Below, piece after piece: positions 36,262-49,694 of a stretch of DNA of 64,000 bases. The DNA comes from Octopus sinensis (lineage: Eukaryota): contig NC_043025.1 of assembly GCF_006345805.1 (NCBI RefSeq), positions 8,246,001 through 8,310,000 of the forward strand. Direction: 5' to 3'. Numbering within the stretch: position 1 is the stretch's first letter; the number at the start of each line of letters is the position of its first letter. Position numbers and translations under genes: made by a program. The notes under the pieces are model-generated. The model was not told the DNA's origin. It was given only the letters and a program-made list of their open reading frames with translations, and ran no database searches.

Positions 36262-36885
36262 CCCCCCCTTATCGAGTATGGCCATTGCACGAAGCTTAAC
36301 TGTTACTGGTGCTGTGATCAAATGTGACTTTTTAACCCAGCTAAAGATCTACAATGTCTTGTACAGAATTGGCAACTGAAGCCTTTACCAGTAAAAAGCC
36401 AGCTGTAGTTGTAACTGGGCTTCATGTACCTTTGCATGTCGTTTAAGTCCTCCTGCCGAATTACACTCTCTTCCACATGCCCGACAGATATGATTAGTAT
36501 GGTGTGTAACACCACCACCAGTGGCCAGGTTGTCACTCATCTGTCTAGTTTTATGACTACGAAGATGACTCATGCGTCCAGCTTTACTGAGGCAGGGTCT
36601 TGCACAGACATTGCATGTCAGAATCAAAGGAAAACCCTTCCCTTCTGGAAGTGTAACAGCGATGCCCTTCCTGACATCTCTCCTTACTTTCTTATGGGCA
36701 ACTCGAGATTTCTCAAAAGTGGCTGTCCCCTCGTGCACAATCCTTCTCCACCTGCTACGATCAATAGCTATGCCTTCCCATGTGTCAGGAGAGATGCAAG
36801 CATCTCTTAAGGAAGCCTTCAGCAAGTCCTTATACCTCTTTTTTTGGTTTATGTGGAGGTCATTCTCCTTTAGCTAACTCTCCAT
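36262..36885 (-). mobile_element. RTE-type LINE 3' end with three C2H2 zinc-finger motifs
   Basis: KPKKRYKDLLKASLRDACISPDTWE...DRSRWR, then CNVCARPCLSKAGRMSHLRSH, CRACGRECNSAGGLKRHAKVH and, after a frameshift, CQFCTRHCRSLAGLKSH. Confidence 0.82.
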
Positions 36886-37371
36886 ATATGTATATGTATT
36901 AGATTGGAAAGAAAGCCTATCACATTTGAAGATGGGAAAGAAACAAATGCTTTTTGGTCTTAACTGATATAATCAAATCAAGCTAATTTTCTCCTCGTTA
37001 TCGATAAGATAATCTCATCTATTTAGCAAATTGTTAATCCCACAAACGTAAAATTCTTCTGGTTTCAAAGCAAAAAATCACTCAATATCATTTTTAACCT
37101 CTTCACAATTAATAAACTCTAGCAGACGAGGTGTCCAGTGCTTAGGACTGGCAGAAAATAGCCTGAAACCAGGACCAATCTACTGGTCACATCACTGGGA
37201 GATAATAGGGGCTTGTTCCCCTGCTCGCAATTTTATTGGATGCAGCTGTGCATCTTTAACCAGTTAGAGAAGATGCCTTCTTGGGGTTAAAAAATCTCAG
37301 TATGGATGCTACTTAATTGTTTTCCTTCCAAGTAATGTTGCAATGATCTGAGAAGCTGATAGTCAGATATT

Positions 37372-37546
37372 CTTTTACTCTTTTACTTGTTTCAGTCATT
37401 TGACTGTGCCCATGCTGGAGCACCGCCTTTAGTCGAGCAAATCGACCCCGAGACTTATTCTTTGTAAGCCAAGTACTTATTCTATTGGGGGGACAAACAC
37501 AGACACACAAACATATACACACACATACATACCCATATATATATAC

Positions 37547-37578
<32 letters not shown>

Positions 37579-37760
37579 ATATGTATATATATATATATAT
37601 ATATATACACGACAGGCTTCTTTCAGATTCAGTCTACCAAATCCACTCACAAGGCTTTGGTCGGCCTGAGGCTATAGTAGAAGACACTTGCCCAAGGTGC
37701 CACACAGTGGGACTGAACCCGGAACTATGTGGTTGGTAAGCAAGCCACACAGCCACTCCG
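37372..37760 (-). mobile_element. SINE family A with internal deletion
   Basis: Matches consensus apart from a ~65-bp gap. Confidence 0.85.
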
Positions 37761-38060
37761 GTGAATTATCTCAGAATTTTGAGATTTTGATGATATCTTT
37801 GTTTATTTTTTAGAACGACAGTGTAGAGTAGGTGTGAGAGGCAGGACCTAGCCAGTTTGAACGAGACACAGGTAGAATATTTGGGCCGGATACAGCCAGT
37901 TTGAATGCTAATGAGTTAATGTTATAGTCTTTTCCTTAGTGACTTGTGCAATATGTGGTCTTGCACAGCTCCTCATCAAACTGTCCAACCCATGCCAGCA
38001 CGGAAAGCTGACATTAAACAGTGATGATGATGATGATGATGAAGCATCAACATAATTGAT

Positions 38061-38490
38061 AGGCGCAGGAGTGGCTGTGTGGTAAGTAGCTTGCTAACCA
38101 ACCACATGGTTCCGGGTTCAGTCCCACTGCATGGCATCCTGGGCAAGTGTCTTCTGCTATAGCCCCAGGCCGACCAATGCCTTGTGAGTGGATTTGGTAG
38201 ATGGAAACTGAAAGAAGCCTGTCGTATATATGTATATATATGTATATATATGTGTGTGTGTATGTGTTTGTGTGTCTGTGTTTGTCCCCCTAGCATTGCT
38301 TGACAACCGATGCTGGTGTGTTTATGTCCCTGTCACTTAGCGGTTCGGCAAACGAGACCGATAGAATAAGTACTGGGCTTACAAAGAATAAGTCCTGGGG
38401 GTCGATTTGCTCGACTAAAGGCAGTGCTCCAGCATGGCCGCAGTCAAATGACTGAAACAAGTAAAAGAGTAAAGAGTAAAAAGAGTAAAG
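38061..38490 (+). mobile_element. SINE family A
   Basis: Full-length copy. Confidence 0.9.
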
Positions 38491-38929
38491 AGATAATTTC
38501 TAAGCAATGGAGATAATGCATGATTAATTCAAAACAGTCTGAATAAAGAAATGTTGCATCTGAGAAATAAAATCTGAAGCTAAGGGGTTCGATGTAGTCT
38601 CATATACCCCCCCACTCTCTACCCTTTCCTCACCATCTCCCATCTCCTCAACACGGCCTTCACCCCCTCCACCCCCACCACAACCACACCCCACCCCGCC
38701 ACCGCTGCCATTTCATTCATTAGACTCTTTCACTCCCGGGGGGGGGAAGGGGGTTCGCCCCTCCCCCCCCCTCCGGACTGACACGAATACATGAAAAGGT
38801 TAATTCTGTGTGTTTATTCAGTTATTTTGGTTTCGTGTTTCACAATTTTTATCTCTTATCTTTTACCTGTTTCGGTCATTGGACTGCGGGCCATGCTGGG
38901 GCACAGCCTTGAAGAATTCTTACTCTAAT

Positions 38930-39215
38930 GAATCAGCGGTCGGCTGCGCGGGGTCACTCCGAAAAGCCTCTATCTGTGACGATTTCATCTCAATCGAAGG
39001 AGAGGGGCTTTCCCCGTCCGAGTTGCGGACTCGTGGAATAAGCTGCCGGACGAGATAGTGAAGATGCCGACGACCGCTCGGTTCAAAGTCTCTCTTGACC
39101 AGAAATGGCCTGAACTCTTTGCATGAACACCCTCCCTGTACATAACTTCATGTTCCCCTACATGTCCTTGCTTTTTGCTTTTTGAGCCAAATAATTAACT
39201 TAACTTAACTTAACC
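38930..39215 (+). mobile_element. CR1-clade LINE 3' end with (TTAAC)n tail
   Basis: RFHLNRRRGAFPVRVADSWNKLPDEIVKMPTTARFKVSLDQKWPELFA*, short 3'UTR, ttaacttaacttaac tail; CpG-rich. Confidence 0.82.
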
Positions 39216-39469
39216 CAAGTATTTTTTCTATTGGTCCCTTTTATCAAACTGCTGAATTACAGGGACATAAAGACACCAACACTGGTTGTCAGGCAGTTGT
39301 GGGGGACAAACACACACACATACACATATATATTCGATGGGCTTCTTTCAGTTTCCACCTATCAAATCCATTTACAAAGTTTCAGGCAGCCCCAGGCTAT
39401 AGTAGAAAACATTTTTCCAAGGTACCAAAGCATGGGATTCAACCCAGAACCACCCATGTCTACTCTTTA

Positions 39470-39689
39470 TTCTTTTACTCTTTTACTTGTTTCAGTCATT
39501 TGACTGTAGCCATGCTGGAGCACCGCCTTTAGTCGAGCAAATCGACCCCAGGACTTATTCTTTATAAGCCTAGTACTTATTCTATCAGCCCCTTTTGCTG
39601 AACTGCTAAATTACGTGGACGTAAGCACACCAGCATCGGTTGTCAAGCGATGTTGGGGGGACAAACACAGACATGCAAACATACACACA

Positions 39690-39737
<48 letters not shown>

Positions 39738-39744
39738 AGACACA

Positions 39745-39822
<78 letters not shown>

Positions 39823-39990
39823 TTACGTTGGGCTTCTTTCAGTTTCCGTCTACCAAATCCACTCACATGGCTATAGTCGGCCCGAGGCTATAGTAGAAGA
39901 CACTTGCCCAAGGTGCCACGCAGTGGGACTGAACCCGGAACCATGTGGTTGGTAAGCAAGCTACTTACCACACAGCCACTCCTGCACCTA
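39470..39990 (-). mobile_element. SINE family A with expanded (CA)n
   Basis: Full-length reverse copy; a decayed partial copy precedes it at 39235-39450. Confidence 0.88.
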
Positions 39991-41065
39991 TGAACAGCAT
40001 TTGTTATGTAGTCATTAGGAGTTCAATACACAACACTTCTATTAGGTGTTTAGGATCTTGTAACAGTGTACATATAATGTGGATGAAGATCCGTGGCCTA
40101 GTGGTTAGGGTGTTGCAATCATGATTGCTGGATCATGAGTTCGATTCCCGGACTGGTCAGCATGTTGTTGTTTTTCTGAGCAAGACACTTCTTTCCATGT
40201 TGCTCCAGTCCACTCATCCATAAATGAGTAACTCCTGCAATGAAACAGCCTGTGATGAAATGTTGGAAATGTTGGAAACATGGGTGTTTCTTTCAACATC
40301 TTTAAACAACCCTTATTCAGGGACCTTTTGTGCGGGATGGGCAACTCAACCTGAAGAAAATTCTAACTGGGCCCCACCTGCAAGGTCATGCGCTGTTTAT
40401 CTTGATATGAGATCACCATGTCGCGCACATATGGTTGTGATGCCTGGTGTACCCTTATCAGACGGGTAGTCATGATGGGTATACTGGGCTTCATATATTT
40501 TACCCCAGTGTCACTTTGATGTCATACATTGCTCTCTCACTCAACAACGAAAATAATAATAATAATAATAATCACACGATCACGTGACCATCAGATGTAG
40601 TTACACATCGCTGGTCACAATGCGTTTGCATTGTTTTAGCCTTCGAATGACGCCACCCCGCTGGATAAGTGGCATCATTTGAAAACTAAAACGATCCAAA
40701 GGGCATTGTGACCAGCGATGTATAACAACATCTGATAGTCTGGCTGATGCTGTGATACAGTGATATATCACGTGGCTTGCCTGTAGTTTGGGTGGAGAAG
40801 CCTATCAAATGATTATTAATATTCAGCAATTAAGAGCAACTGAAAGCAAAACATCTTTGCTTATTTACAGAGTATTTCATTTCATTTATTACATCATTTA
40901 TATCATGTTATTATATTATAGACACAGGCGTAGGTAAGAAGTTTGCTTCCCAACCCCACGGTTCTGAGTTCAGTCCCACCGTGTGGCAACCGGGGGCAAG
41001 TGTCTTTTACTAAACCCCCAGGCTGGCCAAAGCCTTGTCAGTGGATTTGGTAGAGGGGAAACTGG

Positions 41066-41545
41066 TACTCAGTGACACTAATGTAGTATTCAGTGACCCA
41101 GCAGTGGCACTGTTACATACGTAGTAGTGGTACTCTGTGACGCAACAGTTGTACTTTGTGATATGGATGTGGTTCTCAGTGGTACGCATGCAGTACTCTA
41201 TGCTGTGACACAGTAGTGGTACTCTGTGACATGGGTGTGGTACTCTGTGACATGGATGCAGTACTCTATGACATGGTTGTGATACTCTGAGGCATGAATG
41301 TGGCAATCTGTAACATGGAAGTGGTACTGTGTGCCATGGATGAAGTACTCTGTGACACGAATGCAGTACTCTGTGATATGGTATTCTGGAGCATGGATGT
41401 GGTACTGTGTACATGGACATGGTACCCTGTGACATGGATGTGATACTCTGAGGTATTGATGTGGCAATCTGTAACATGGATGTGGTACTCTGTGGAATAG
41501 ATGTGGTACTCTGTAACACAACAGTGGTACTCTATGATTCTGTAC
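41066..41545. repeat. ~20-bp minisatellite (core gtggtactctgtgaca)
   Basis: More than 20 diverged units directly after a truncated family A head (40925-41065). Confidence 0.85.
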
Positions 41546-41794
41546 TCCATGACATTGACCTCTGCTACTGCACATAGGTATTACCCCACATTGCCAGTCA
41601 ATGCACTTCTTCACATGGTGGGGGGACAAGAGAAGGGAGGGGAGTACAGCAGGGCAGTATGGACATGATGGAGGTGGGGTGGGGGATAGAACACCACAAC
41701 CTCCACAGCCACCACCACCACCACCACCACCATCAACATCATCTTCACCTCCTCATCAAAGCAACCTATCACCCTTATTTGGTATTTTAACTTT

Positions 41795-42165
41795 TTATTC
41801 ATTTCTACCCCCACCACCACCACCACCACTACTACCCCACACCACCACACCACCACCACCACCACCACTCCACCCCCCACCACCACCCACCACCACCACC
41901 ACTACACCCCACCACCCCACACCACCACCACCCCACCACCACACCACTACCACCCCACCACCACCACCCCACCACCACACCACTACCACCCCACCACCCC
42001 CCACCACCACCACCACCACACACCACCACCACTACCACCACCACCACTACCACCACACCACCACCACTACCACCCCACCACCACCACTACTACCCCACCA
42101 CCACCACCCACCACCACCACCCCACCACCACCCCACCACCACCACCACTCCACCCCACCCCTAGT
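41795..42165. repeat. (CCA/CCCCA)n C-rich tract
   Basis: Direct inspection. Confidence 0.92.
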
Positions 42166-42219
42166 CAACACCATTGTGCATTGGCAATGGAACTGTCATA
42201 ACAGAGCTATCTTGACACA

Positions 42220-42623
42220 TGCACACACGACACACGCATGCACACACACACACACACATACGCACACACATGCACACATACACTTTCTCACACATGCATC
42301 AACAAACATTCTTGTGCACACATATGCACTTGAACTCACAAGCACACACACACATGCATGTACATATGCACTTTCTTTCACACACATGCATACACATAAA
42401 CACATACATATATACACATTTTCACACACACACACGCACATACACTCTCTGGTATGCATATGCACACATTGACAAGCACTCACACACACACACACACACA
42501 CATAAACCTACACTCTTACACACACATGCATGTACATTCACCCTCACACACACACACACACACACGCACATTCAAATGCATGCATATACTCACACACACA
42601 CACACCTGCATGCACATACACTG

Positions 42624-42667
<44 letters not shown>

Positions 42668-42735
42668 ACACACACACACACATTCAAATGCATGCATATA
42701 CTCTCACACACACACACCTGCATGCACATACACTG

Positions 42736-42771
<36 letters not shown>

Positions 42772-42856
42772 TCACACACACACACTCACAAACACACACA
42801 CACATTCAAATGCATGCATATACTCACACACACACACCTGCATGCACATACACTGT

Positions 42857-42887
<31 letters not shown>

Positions 42888-42973
42888 TCACACACACACA
42901 CTCACAAACACACACACACATTCAAATGCATGCATATACTCTCACACACACACACCTGCATGCACATACACTG

Positions 42974-43011
<38 letters not shown>

Positions 43012-43150
43012 TCACACACACACACTCACAAACACACACACACATTCAAATGCATGCATATACTCTCACACACACACACCTGCATGCACTGTCACACACA
43101 TACACACACACACTCACACACACACACTCCCAAACACGCACGTACACATA
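42220..43150. repeat. (CA)n field with ~120-bp higher-order repeat (cattcaaatgcatgcatatactc...cctgcatgcacatacactgtc)
   Basis: Anchor motif recurs five times between 42570 and 43090. Confidence 0.92.
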
Positions 43151-43419
43151 TCCTATAGACACACTCTCACAGCATGTATGTTACAATAACCAATCCGACC
43201 AAAAAATCGTCTGCTAGAAATAACAGCCAAATCTCCATCAACTTACAACCTACCATCTTTATTTTATCGACCCCGAAAGGATGAAAGGTAAACTCGACCT
43301 CAGCAGAATTTGAACCCAGAACATAAATCGGAAGAAATCCTGCAAAGCATTTTGTCCTGCGTTTTAATGAATCTGCTAGCTTACAGCCTTTACAATAATA
43401 ATAATAATAATAATAATAG

Positions 43420-44430
43420 GGTTACTCGATCTGAAGAAAATTCTAACTGGGCCCCACCTGCAAGGTCATGTGCTGTTTATCTTGATATGAGATCACCATG
43501 TTGTGCACATATGGTTGTGATGCATGTGCCTGGTGTACCCTTATCAGACGGGTAGTCATGATGGGTATACTGGGCTTCGTATATTTTACCCCAGTGTCAC
43601 TTTGATGGCATGCTCTGCTCGCTCACTCAATAATAATAATAATAATAAATAATAATTGGTATAAAAGGTGGGCTACAGCAAATATTCTGCTCAATACCAC
43701 AGATTTGCTTGTCAGTTGTTTGACCTTAACCAGTTGAGCAGGTCCCTTTGTGGCTGATGATATGTGCATCTCTGATCACGAGCAGGATTTGTCGGGGAGC
43801 ATCATAGCCATGTGTTGAGAGGAATTCTTTGGAATTTGGATAATTCACCTCCAAAAACATGGGTATTTCATTCAACATCCTTAAACAACCCTTATTCAGG
43901 GACCATGGCTTCTGATCTTAACTGATTGGAAGTGTTATCATGTACATTGTTTTGTCTTGGTATAAAAGATTGGCTACAGCAAATATTCTGCTCAATACTA
44001 CAGATTTGCTTGTCAGTTGTTTGACCTTAACCAGTTGAGCATGTCCCTTAGTGGCTGACGGTATGTGCATCTCTGATCATGAGCAGAAGTAGTGGGAGAG
44101 CATCATAGCCATGTGTTGAGAGGAATTCTTAGAGGTTTGGATAATTCACCTCTGGAAACATGTGTGTTTCGTTCAACATCCTTAAACAATCCTTATTCAG
44201 GGACCTTTTGTGCGGGATGGGCCACTCAACCTGAAGAAAATTCTAACTGGGCCCCACCTGCAAGGTCATGTGCTGTTTATCTTGATATGAGATCACCATG
44301 TCGCGCACATATGGTTGTGATGCATGTGCCTGATGTACCTTTATCAGACGGGTAGTCATGATGGGTATATTGGGCTTCGTATATTTTACCCCAGTGTTAC
44401 TTTGATGTCATACATTGCTTTCTCACACAA
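43420..44430 (+). repeat. Family E, three rearranged tandem pieces
   Basis: 43420-43630, 43660-43900, 43905-44430. Confidence 0.85.
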
Positions 44431-44959
44431 TAACAACAACAACAAAAATAATAATAATAATCACATGATCACGTGACCATCAGATGTAGTTACACATCGC
44501 TGGTCACAATGCGTTCGCATTGTTTTAGCCTTCGAACGACGCCACCCCGCAGGCTATGCGAGCAGGCCAACAGAAGAAAGAGTGGTGAAAAAGTACAGCA
44601 GGGATCACCACCCCCTGCCGGAGCCTCGTGTAGCTTTTATGTGTTTTAGCTCAATAAACACTCACAACGCCCGGTCTGGGAATCGAAACCGCGATCCTAC
44701 GACCGCGAGTCCGCTGCCCTAACCACTGGGCCATTGTGCCTCAACAATAATAATAATAATCCTTTCTATTATAGGCACAAATCCTGAGTCAATTATATCG
44801 ACCCCAGTGTTTCACTGGTACTTAATTTATCAACCCCTTAATGATGGAAGGCAAAGTCAACTTCAGTGAAATTTGAACTCAGAACATAAAGAAAGATGAA
44901 ATGCTGCTAAGTATTTCATCCAGCAGGCTAATGATTCTGTCTGCTCGTTATTCTTTTCT

Positions 44960-45626
44960 TTTTATTCTTTTACTTGTTTCAGTCATTTGACTGCGGCCAT
45001 GCTGGAGTACCGCCTTTAGTCGAGCAAATCGACCCCAGGCCTTATTACTCTTTTACTTGTTTCAGTCATTTGACTGTGGCCATGCTGGAGGACCGCCTTT
45101 AGTCAAGCAACTCGACCCCGGGACTTATTCTTTTTGTAAGCCCAGTACTTATTCTATCGGTCTCTTTTGCCGAACCGCTAAGTGACGGGGACGTAAACAC
45201 ACCAGCATCGGTTGTCAAGCAATGCTAGGGGGACAAACACAGACACACAAACATACACACACACACTTATATAAATATATATATACATATATACGACAGG
45301 CTTCTTTCAGTTTCCGTCTACCTAATCCACTCACAAGGCATTGGTCGGCCCGGGGCTATAGCAGAAGACACTTGCCCAAGATGCCACGCAGTGGGACTGA
45401 ACCCGGAACCATGTGGTTGGTTTGCAAGCTACTTACCACTCAGCCACTCCTGCGCCTATGTATATATACATATATACGACAGGCTTCTTTCAGTTTCCGT
45501 CTACCAAATCCACTCACAAGGCATTGGTCGGCCCGGGGCTATAGTAGAAGACACTTGCCCAAGATGCCACGCAGTGGGACTGAACCGGGTTAGCAAGCTA
45601 CTTACCACACAGCCACTCCTGCGCCT
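44960..45626 (-). mobile_element. SINE family A with duplicated head and tail segments
   Basis: Tail fragment 44960-45045, full copy to ~45455, second head half 45470-45626. Confidence 0.85.
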
Positions 45627-46404
45627 ATTACCTTTAATTAATTGATAATCATGTAAATTAAAACCAGGAATGTGTTTATTAGTGTCGTAATGAACCTCCT
45701 GAGGTGCAACATGACTTGCATAAAACTGGTGCAAAACAGCAGCTGCTCTTGATATTGCTGGTGGAGGATGTTAAACTTGTAAGGACTGACTGTTGCATTA
45801 CGCTAAGTGCTGCTGTATGACCCAGCTTGTGATGCTGACATGAATGAAACAGAGCATCACGGTCACTGTTGAGTGCTCCTTACATGATACAGGTACAGGT
45901 ATGACAGAAACAAGTGTCTTCCTAAGATGATAAATTAAGGTCTAATTTGCATGTAACCTGCTAGACATAGCAGCTAGACAGTGCCTCTAAAGCATGCTTT
46001 AGCTTCATGTAAAAGAAGGATACATTATAGTGTTAGAGACACAGTGTATGAAAAACTGGAAGTGATGGTCATAGCTGGGACCTCTCTTATTATACATAGG
46101 TCGCATGGCGGTGAGCTGGCAGAATCGTTAGCACGCCGGGTCGAAATGCTTTGCGGTATTTCGTCTGCCGTTACGCTCTGAGTTCAAATTCCGCCGAGGT
46201 CGACTTTGCCTTTCATCCTTTTGGGGTTAATAAATAAAGTACCAGTTTCGCACTGGGGTCGATGTAATCGGCTTAATCCGTTTGTCTGTCCTTGTTTGTC
46301 CCCTCTATGTTTAGCCCCTTGTGGGTAGTAAAGAAATATATACATAGGTCGCATAGGTCAGTGCTTGCTCAGGGCTAAACAACTTAGACTTCAAAAATAA
46401 CATA

Positions 46405-46725
46405 TCTCTCTCCATCTCTCTCTCTTTTTCTCTCCCAAATTCTCTCTCCATCTCTCTCTCCCTCTCTCTCTCTTTTTCTCTCCCAAACTCTCTCTCCATC
46501 TCTCTCTCTTTTCTCTCCCAAACTCTCTCTCCATCTCTCTCTCCATCTCTCTCTCTTTCTCTCTCCCAAATTCTCTCTCCATCTCTCTCTCCCTCTCTCT
46601 CTCTTTTTCTCTCCCAAACTCTCTCTCCATCTCTCTCTCCCTCTCTCTCTCTTTTTCTCTCCCAAACTCTCTCTCCATCTCTCTCTCCATCTCTCTCTCT
46701 TTTTCTCTCCCAAACTCTCTCTCCA
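46405..46725. repeat. ~40-bp CT-rich minisatellite (ctctcccaaactctctctccat)
   Basis: About 8 units. Confidence 0.9.
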
Positions 46726-47074
46726 TGTCGTCATCAGTCACGAGGAATTAAGATTATATTTTGTTGCTTGCCAAAACATTGCATCCTTTTACAACCTCCA
46801 TGCTTCCTGAAATTCGCCAACACTACACCCAATATCCACCCCTCCATGCGCATGCACACACATGTATATCATGACTCATACACTGTTCACTTCCCTGACT
46901 TTTGTACAAAATTCTATGTACCGTACGTGTATACACCTTTGATGCGACGTAGTGCACCTGAGCACAAAACAAGATTTCATTATTATTATTTTTATTTTTG
47001 TCTCAATCGCCGTCTCTCTATCCATCTCTCTATTCCTCTATCTCTTTTTTTCTTTCTCTCCCTCTATCTCTGTC

Positions 47075-47296
47075 TCTTTCACTTGTTTCAGCCATTTGAC
47101 TGTGGCCTATGCTGGAGCACCGCTTTTAGTCAAGCAAATCGACCTCAGGACTTATTCCTTCTAAGCCTAGTACTTATTCTCTTATTCTATCTGTCTGTTT
47201 TGCTGAACCGCTAAGTTATGGGGACATAAACACACCAACACCGGTTGTCAGGTGATTTGGGGAGACAAACACAAACACACAAACATATACGCACAC

Positions 47297-47327
<31 letters not shown>

Positions 47328-47329
47328 AT

Positions 47330-47403
<74 letters not shown>

Positions 47404-47578
47404 TACACACACATATATACGATGGGCTTCTTTCAATTTCCGTCTACCAGATGCACTTACAAGGCTTTAGTTGGCCTGAGGTTATAGCAGAAGACACTTG
47501 CCCAAGGTGCCATGCAGTGGGACTGAACCTAGAACCACGTGGTTGGTAAGCAAGCTACTTACCACACAGCCACTCCTA
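47075..47578 (-). mobile_element. SINE family A just upstream of the TAT coding exon
   Basis: Diverged full-length reverse copy. Confidence 0.87.
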
Positions 47579-47840
47579 CCATATTTTTGTCTCTCTCTCT
47601 ATCTCTTTATCTTTCCCCATTTCTCTCCCCTTTTCCCTATCTCTTTCTATCTCTCTTTCCACTTTTCTATCCCTCTCTGTCTCTCTCTTCATCTCTTTCT
47701 CTATCCATTGCTCTCTCCCTCCCTCTGCCTCTCTCCATTTCTCTGTCTCCATCTGTTTTCTTACTTTGTCTTTCTCTCCCCCTCTCTCTCTCTATCCCTA
47801 AAGTGTCCCCTAAACATGCATCCTTCCAGATCTGACTACG

Positions 47841-47881
47841 TCACTTTTTCTCTCCATTCTCCAGAACAATCGGAAGACATC
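47841..47881 (+). promoter_or_regulatory. TAT: 3' splice site and 17-nt 5'UTR portion ahead of the TAT ATG, implying an upstream non-coding exon
   Basis: tcactttttctctccattctccag|aacaatcggaagacatcATG: strong pyrimidine tract and CAG. Confidence 0.65.
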
Positions 47882-48017
47882 ATGAACGGCAACAGTGGAT
47901 CCTGGGTGGCACCAGCCTCTGACTTTGCCCACAAATCAATCAACCCAATACGACGCCTGGTCGATACTATGAAACTGGTGCCCAACAAGGACAAAGATAA
48001 GATTGTACTGACCATTG
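47882..48017 (+). CDS. TAT: Tyrosine aminotransferase, first coding exon (MNGNSGSWVAPASDFAHKSINPIRRLVDTMKLVPNKDKDKIVLTI/G)
   Basis: Peptide aligns by eye with the TAT N-terminal motif (human [39 protein letters not shown]). Polypyrimidine tract plus CAG acceptor at 47841-47864, ATG at 47882, donor G|GTAAGT at 48017/48018 (phase 1). Confidence 0.93.
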
Positions 48018-48044
48018 GTAAGTGTTGTTACTGTTGTTGTTGTT

Positions 48045-48392
48045 ACTGTTGTTCTTTCTCCTTCCTCTTCTTCTTCTTCTTCTTCTTCTTCCGCTTCTTC
48101 TTCTTCTTCTCCGTTTTCCTACTTCTCTTCTTCTTCCTTATTCTCCCTCCTTTCTCCTCTCCTCATCCTCCTTCCTTCTTCTTCTTCTTCGTTTCTCCTC
48201 CTCCTTCTTTCCTCCTAATTTTCTTCCGCTTCTTCTTTCGCTCTTCTTCCGCTTCTTCTTCCGCTTCTTTCTTCCGCTTCCTTCGTTTCTTCTTCCCCTC
48301 TTCTCTTATTCTTCTTCTTCTTCTTCCTTTCTTCTCTCTTCTCTTCTCCTCCTTCTCCTTCTCCTCCCCTCCTTTCCTTCTTCTTCTTCTTC
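48045..48392. repeat. (CTT/CTC)n polypyrimidine tract immediately after the TAT donor
   Basis: Direct inspection. Confidence 0.92.
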
Positions 48393-49694
48393 CAGCCAGG
48401 ACTCACACGATTAGCCACAAAGATAATCATTTTAATTCGAGCCTACTCTAAGCTACTAAGAGTGTGTGGCAACTTGAAGATCCACCCACCACACGCACAA
48501 TAGACGGGCGCGAAAGCTACGTTGTTATCCTCATTCCATAAACGGTGGCTTTTTAACGGGTGGAGAGCTGAACCATCCTGGGGTACAGAGGATTCGTAAT
48601 CTAGACTAGGGTCTGAAAGTTCACCACACCATAGTGGGTTACGCCATGGTTCCTCTGGTTTGTGGCAGAAGTAGGAAGAAAGAGTGAGAGAAAGTTGTGG
48701 TGAAAGAGTACAGTGAGGTTCACCACCACCACCACCCCGCCGGCGCCTCGTGGAGCTTGGGTGTTTTTTGCTCAATAAACACTCACAGTCCTCAGTCTGG
48801 GAATTGAAACTGCATTCTTACGACCGCGAGTCCTCTGCCCAAACCTCTGGGCCATTGCACCTCCACACTGCTGTTGTTGTTGTTGTTGTTGTTTAGATCG
48901 AGTTCACTCCTGATTAACCCTCTAACATTTTAAGAATGACATGGTCGGGTAGGTGTGAGAAACAGGATCTGGCCAGTTTGAACATAAAATAGTTCCAATG
49001 TTTGGGCTTGATATAACTGATATGGCTGGTATGACAGGTTACTCTGTCAAACGTAAAGCTTATTTATTGTTTTGAATTAATCATGTATTAATTATCTCAC
49101 ATTTTTGAGATTTCAATGATGGAATTGTTTATTTTTAGAATGGCATTGTAAGGTAGGTGTGAGAGGCAGGATCTGACCAGTTTATCATCATCATCATCAT
49201 CATCATCATTTAATTCCGTTGTCCATGTTGGCATAGGTTGGGCTGTTTGACCAGGGCTGGTAAACTGAGGGGCTGCACCAGACTCCAGTCTGATTTGGCA
49301 TGGTGTCTACAGCTTGATGCCTTTCCTAATGCCAACCACTCCGAGAGTGTAATGGGTGCCTTTACATGCCACAAGTATTGATCACTTTGCATCTGTAACG
49401 CCCAGTGCTCGAATGGTGCTTGTTACGTGCCACCAGCAATGGTGCCTTTTTTGTGACACCGGTATCAGCCACATTGCCTCTGTGAGGCCCAACACTCAAA
49501 TGTTGCTTTTTACATACTATGGACACAGGTGCCTATATATTTCTAGAATGACATTGTAGGATAGGTATGAGAGGCTGGACCTGGCCAGTTTGACCATAAA
49601 ACAAGTAGAATATTTAGGCCAGAGATGGTTGGTTTAAATGCTACAGGTTTCAACCATTTGTATTCCGCTTAGTCTTTCAGATGTAATACTTTTT

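Noticed and set aside
41010-41629. Repetitive 143-169-aa ORFs (STTSM/HVTEY repeats)
   Set aside because: All minus-strand frames are similarly open over a ~20-bp minisatellite; no coding asymmetry.
47498-48451. 317-aa ORF containing the TAT exon; alternative start at ATG 47816
   Set aside because: 5' part is SINE and CT-repeat, 3' part is a (CTT)n tract. A strong acceptor at 47864 and donor at 48018 delimit the real exon.
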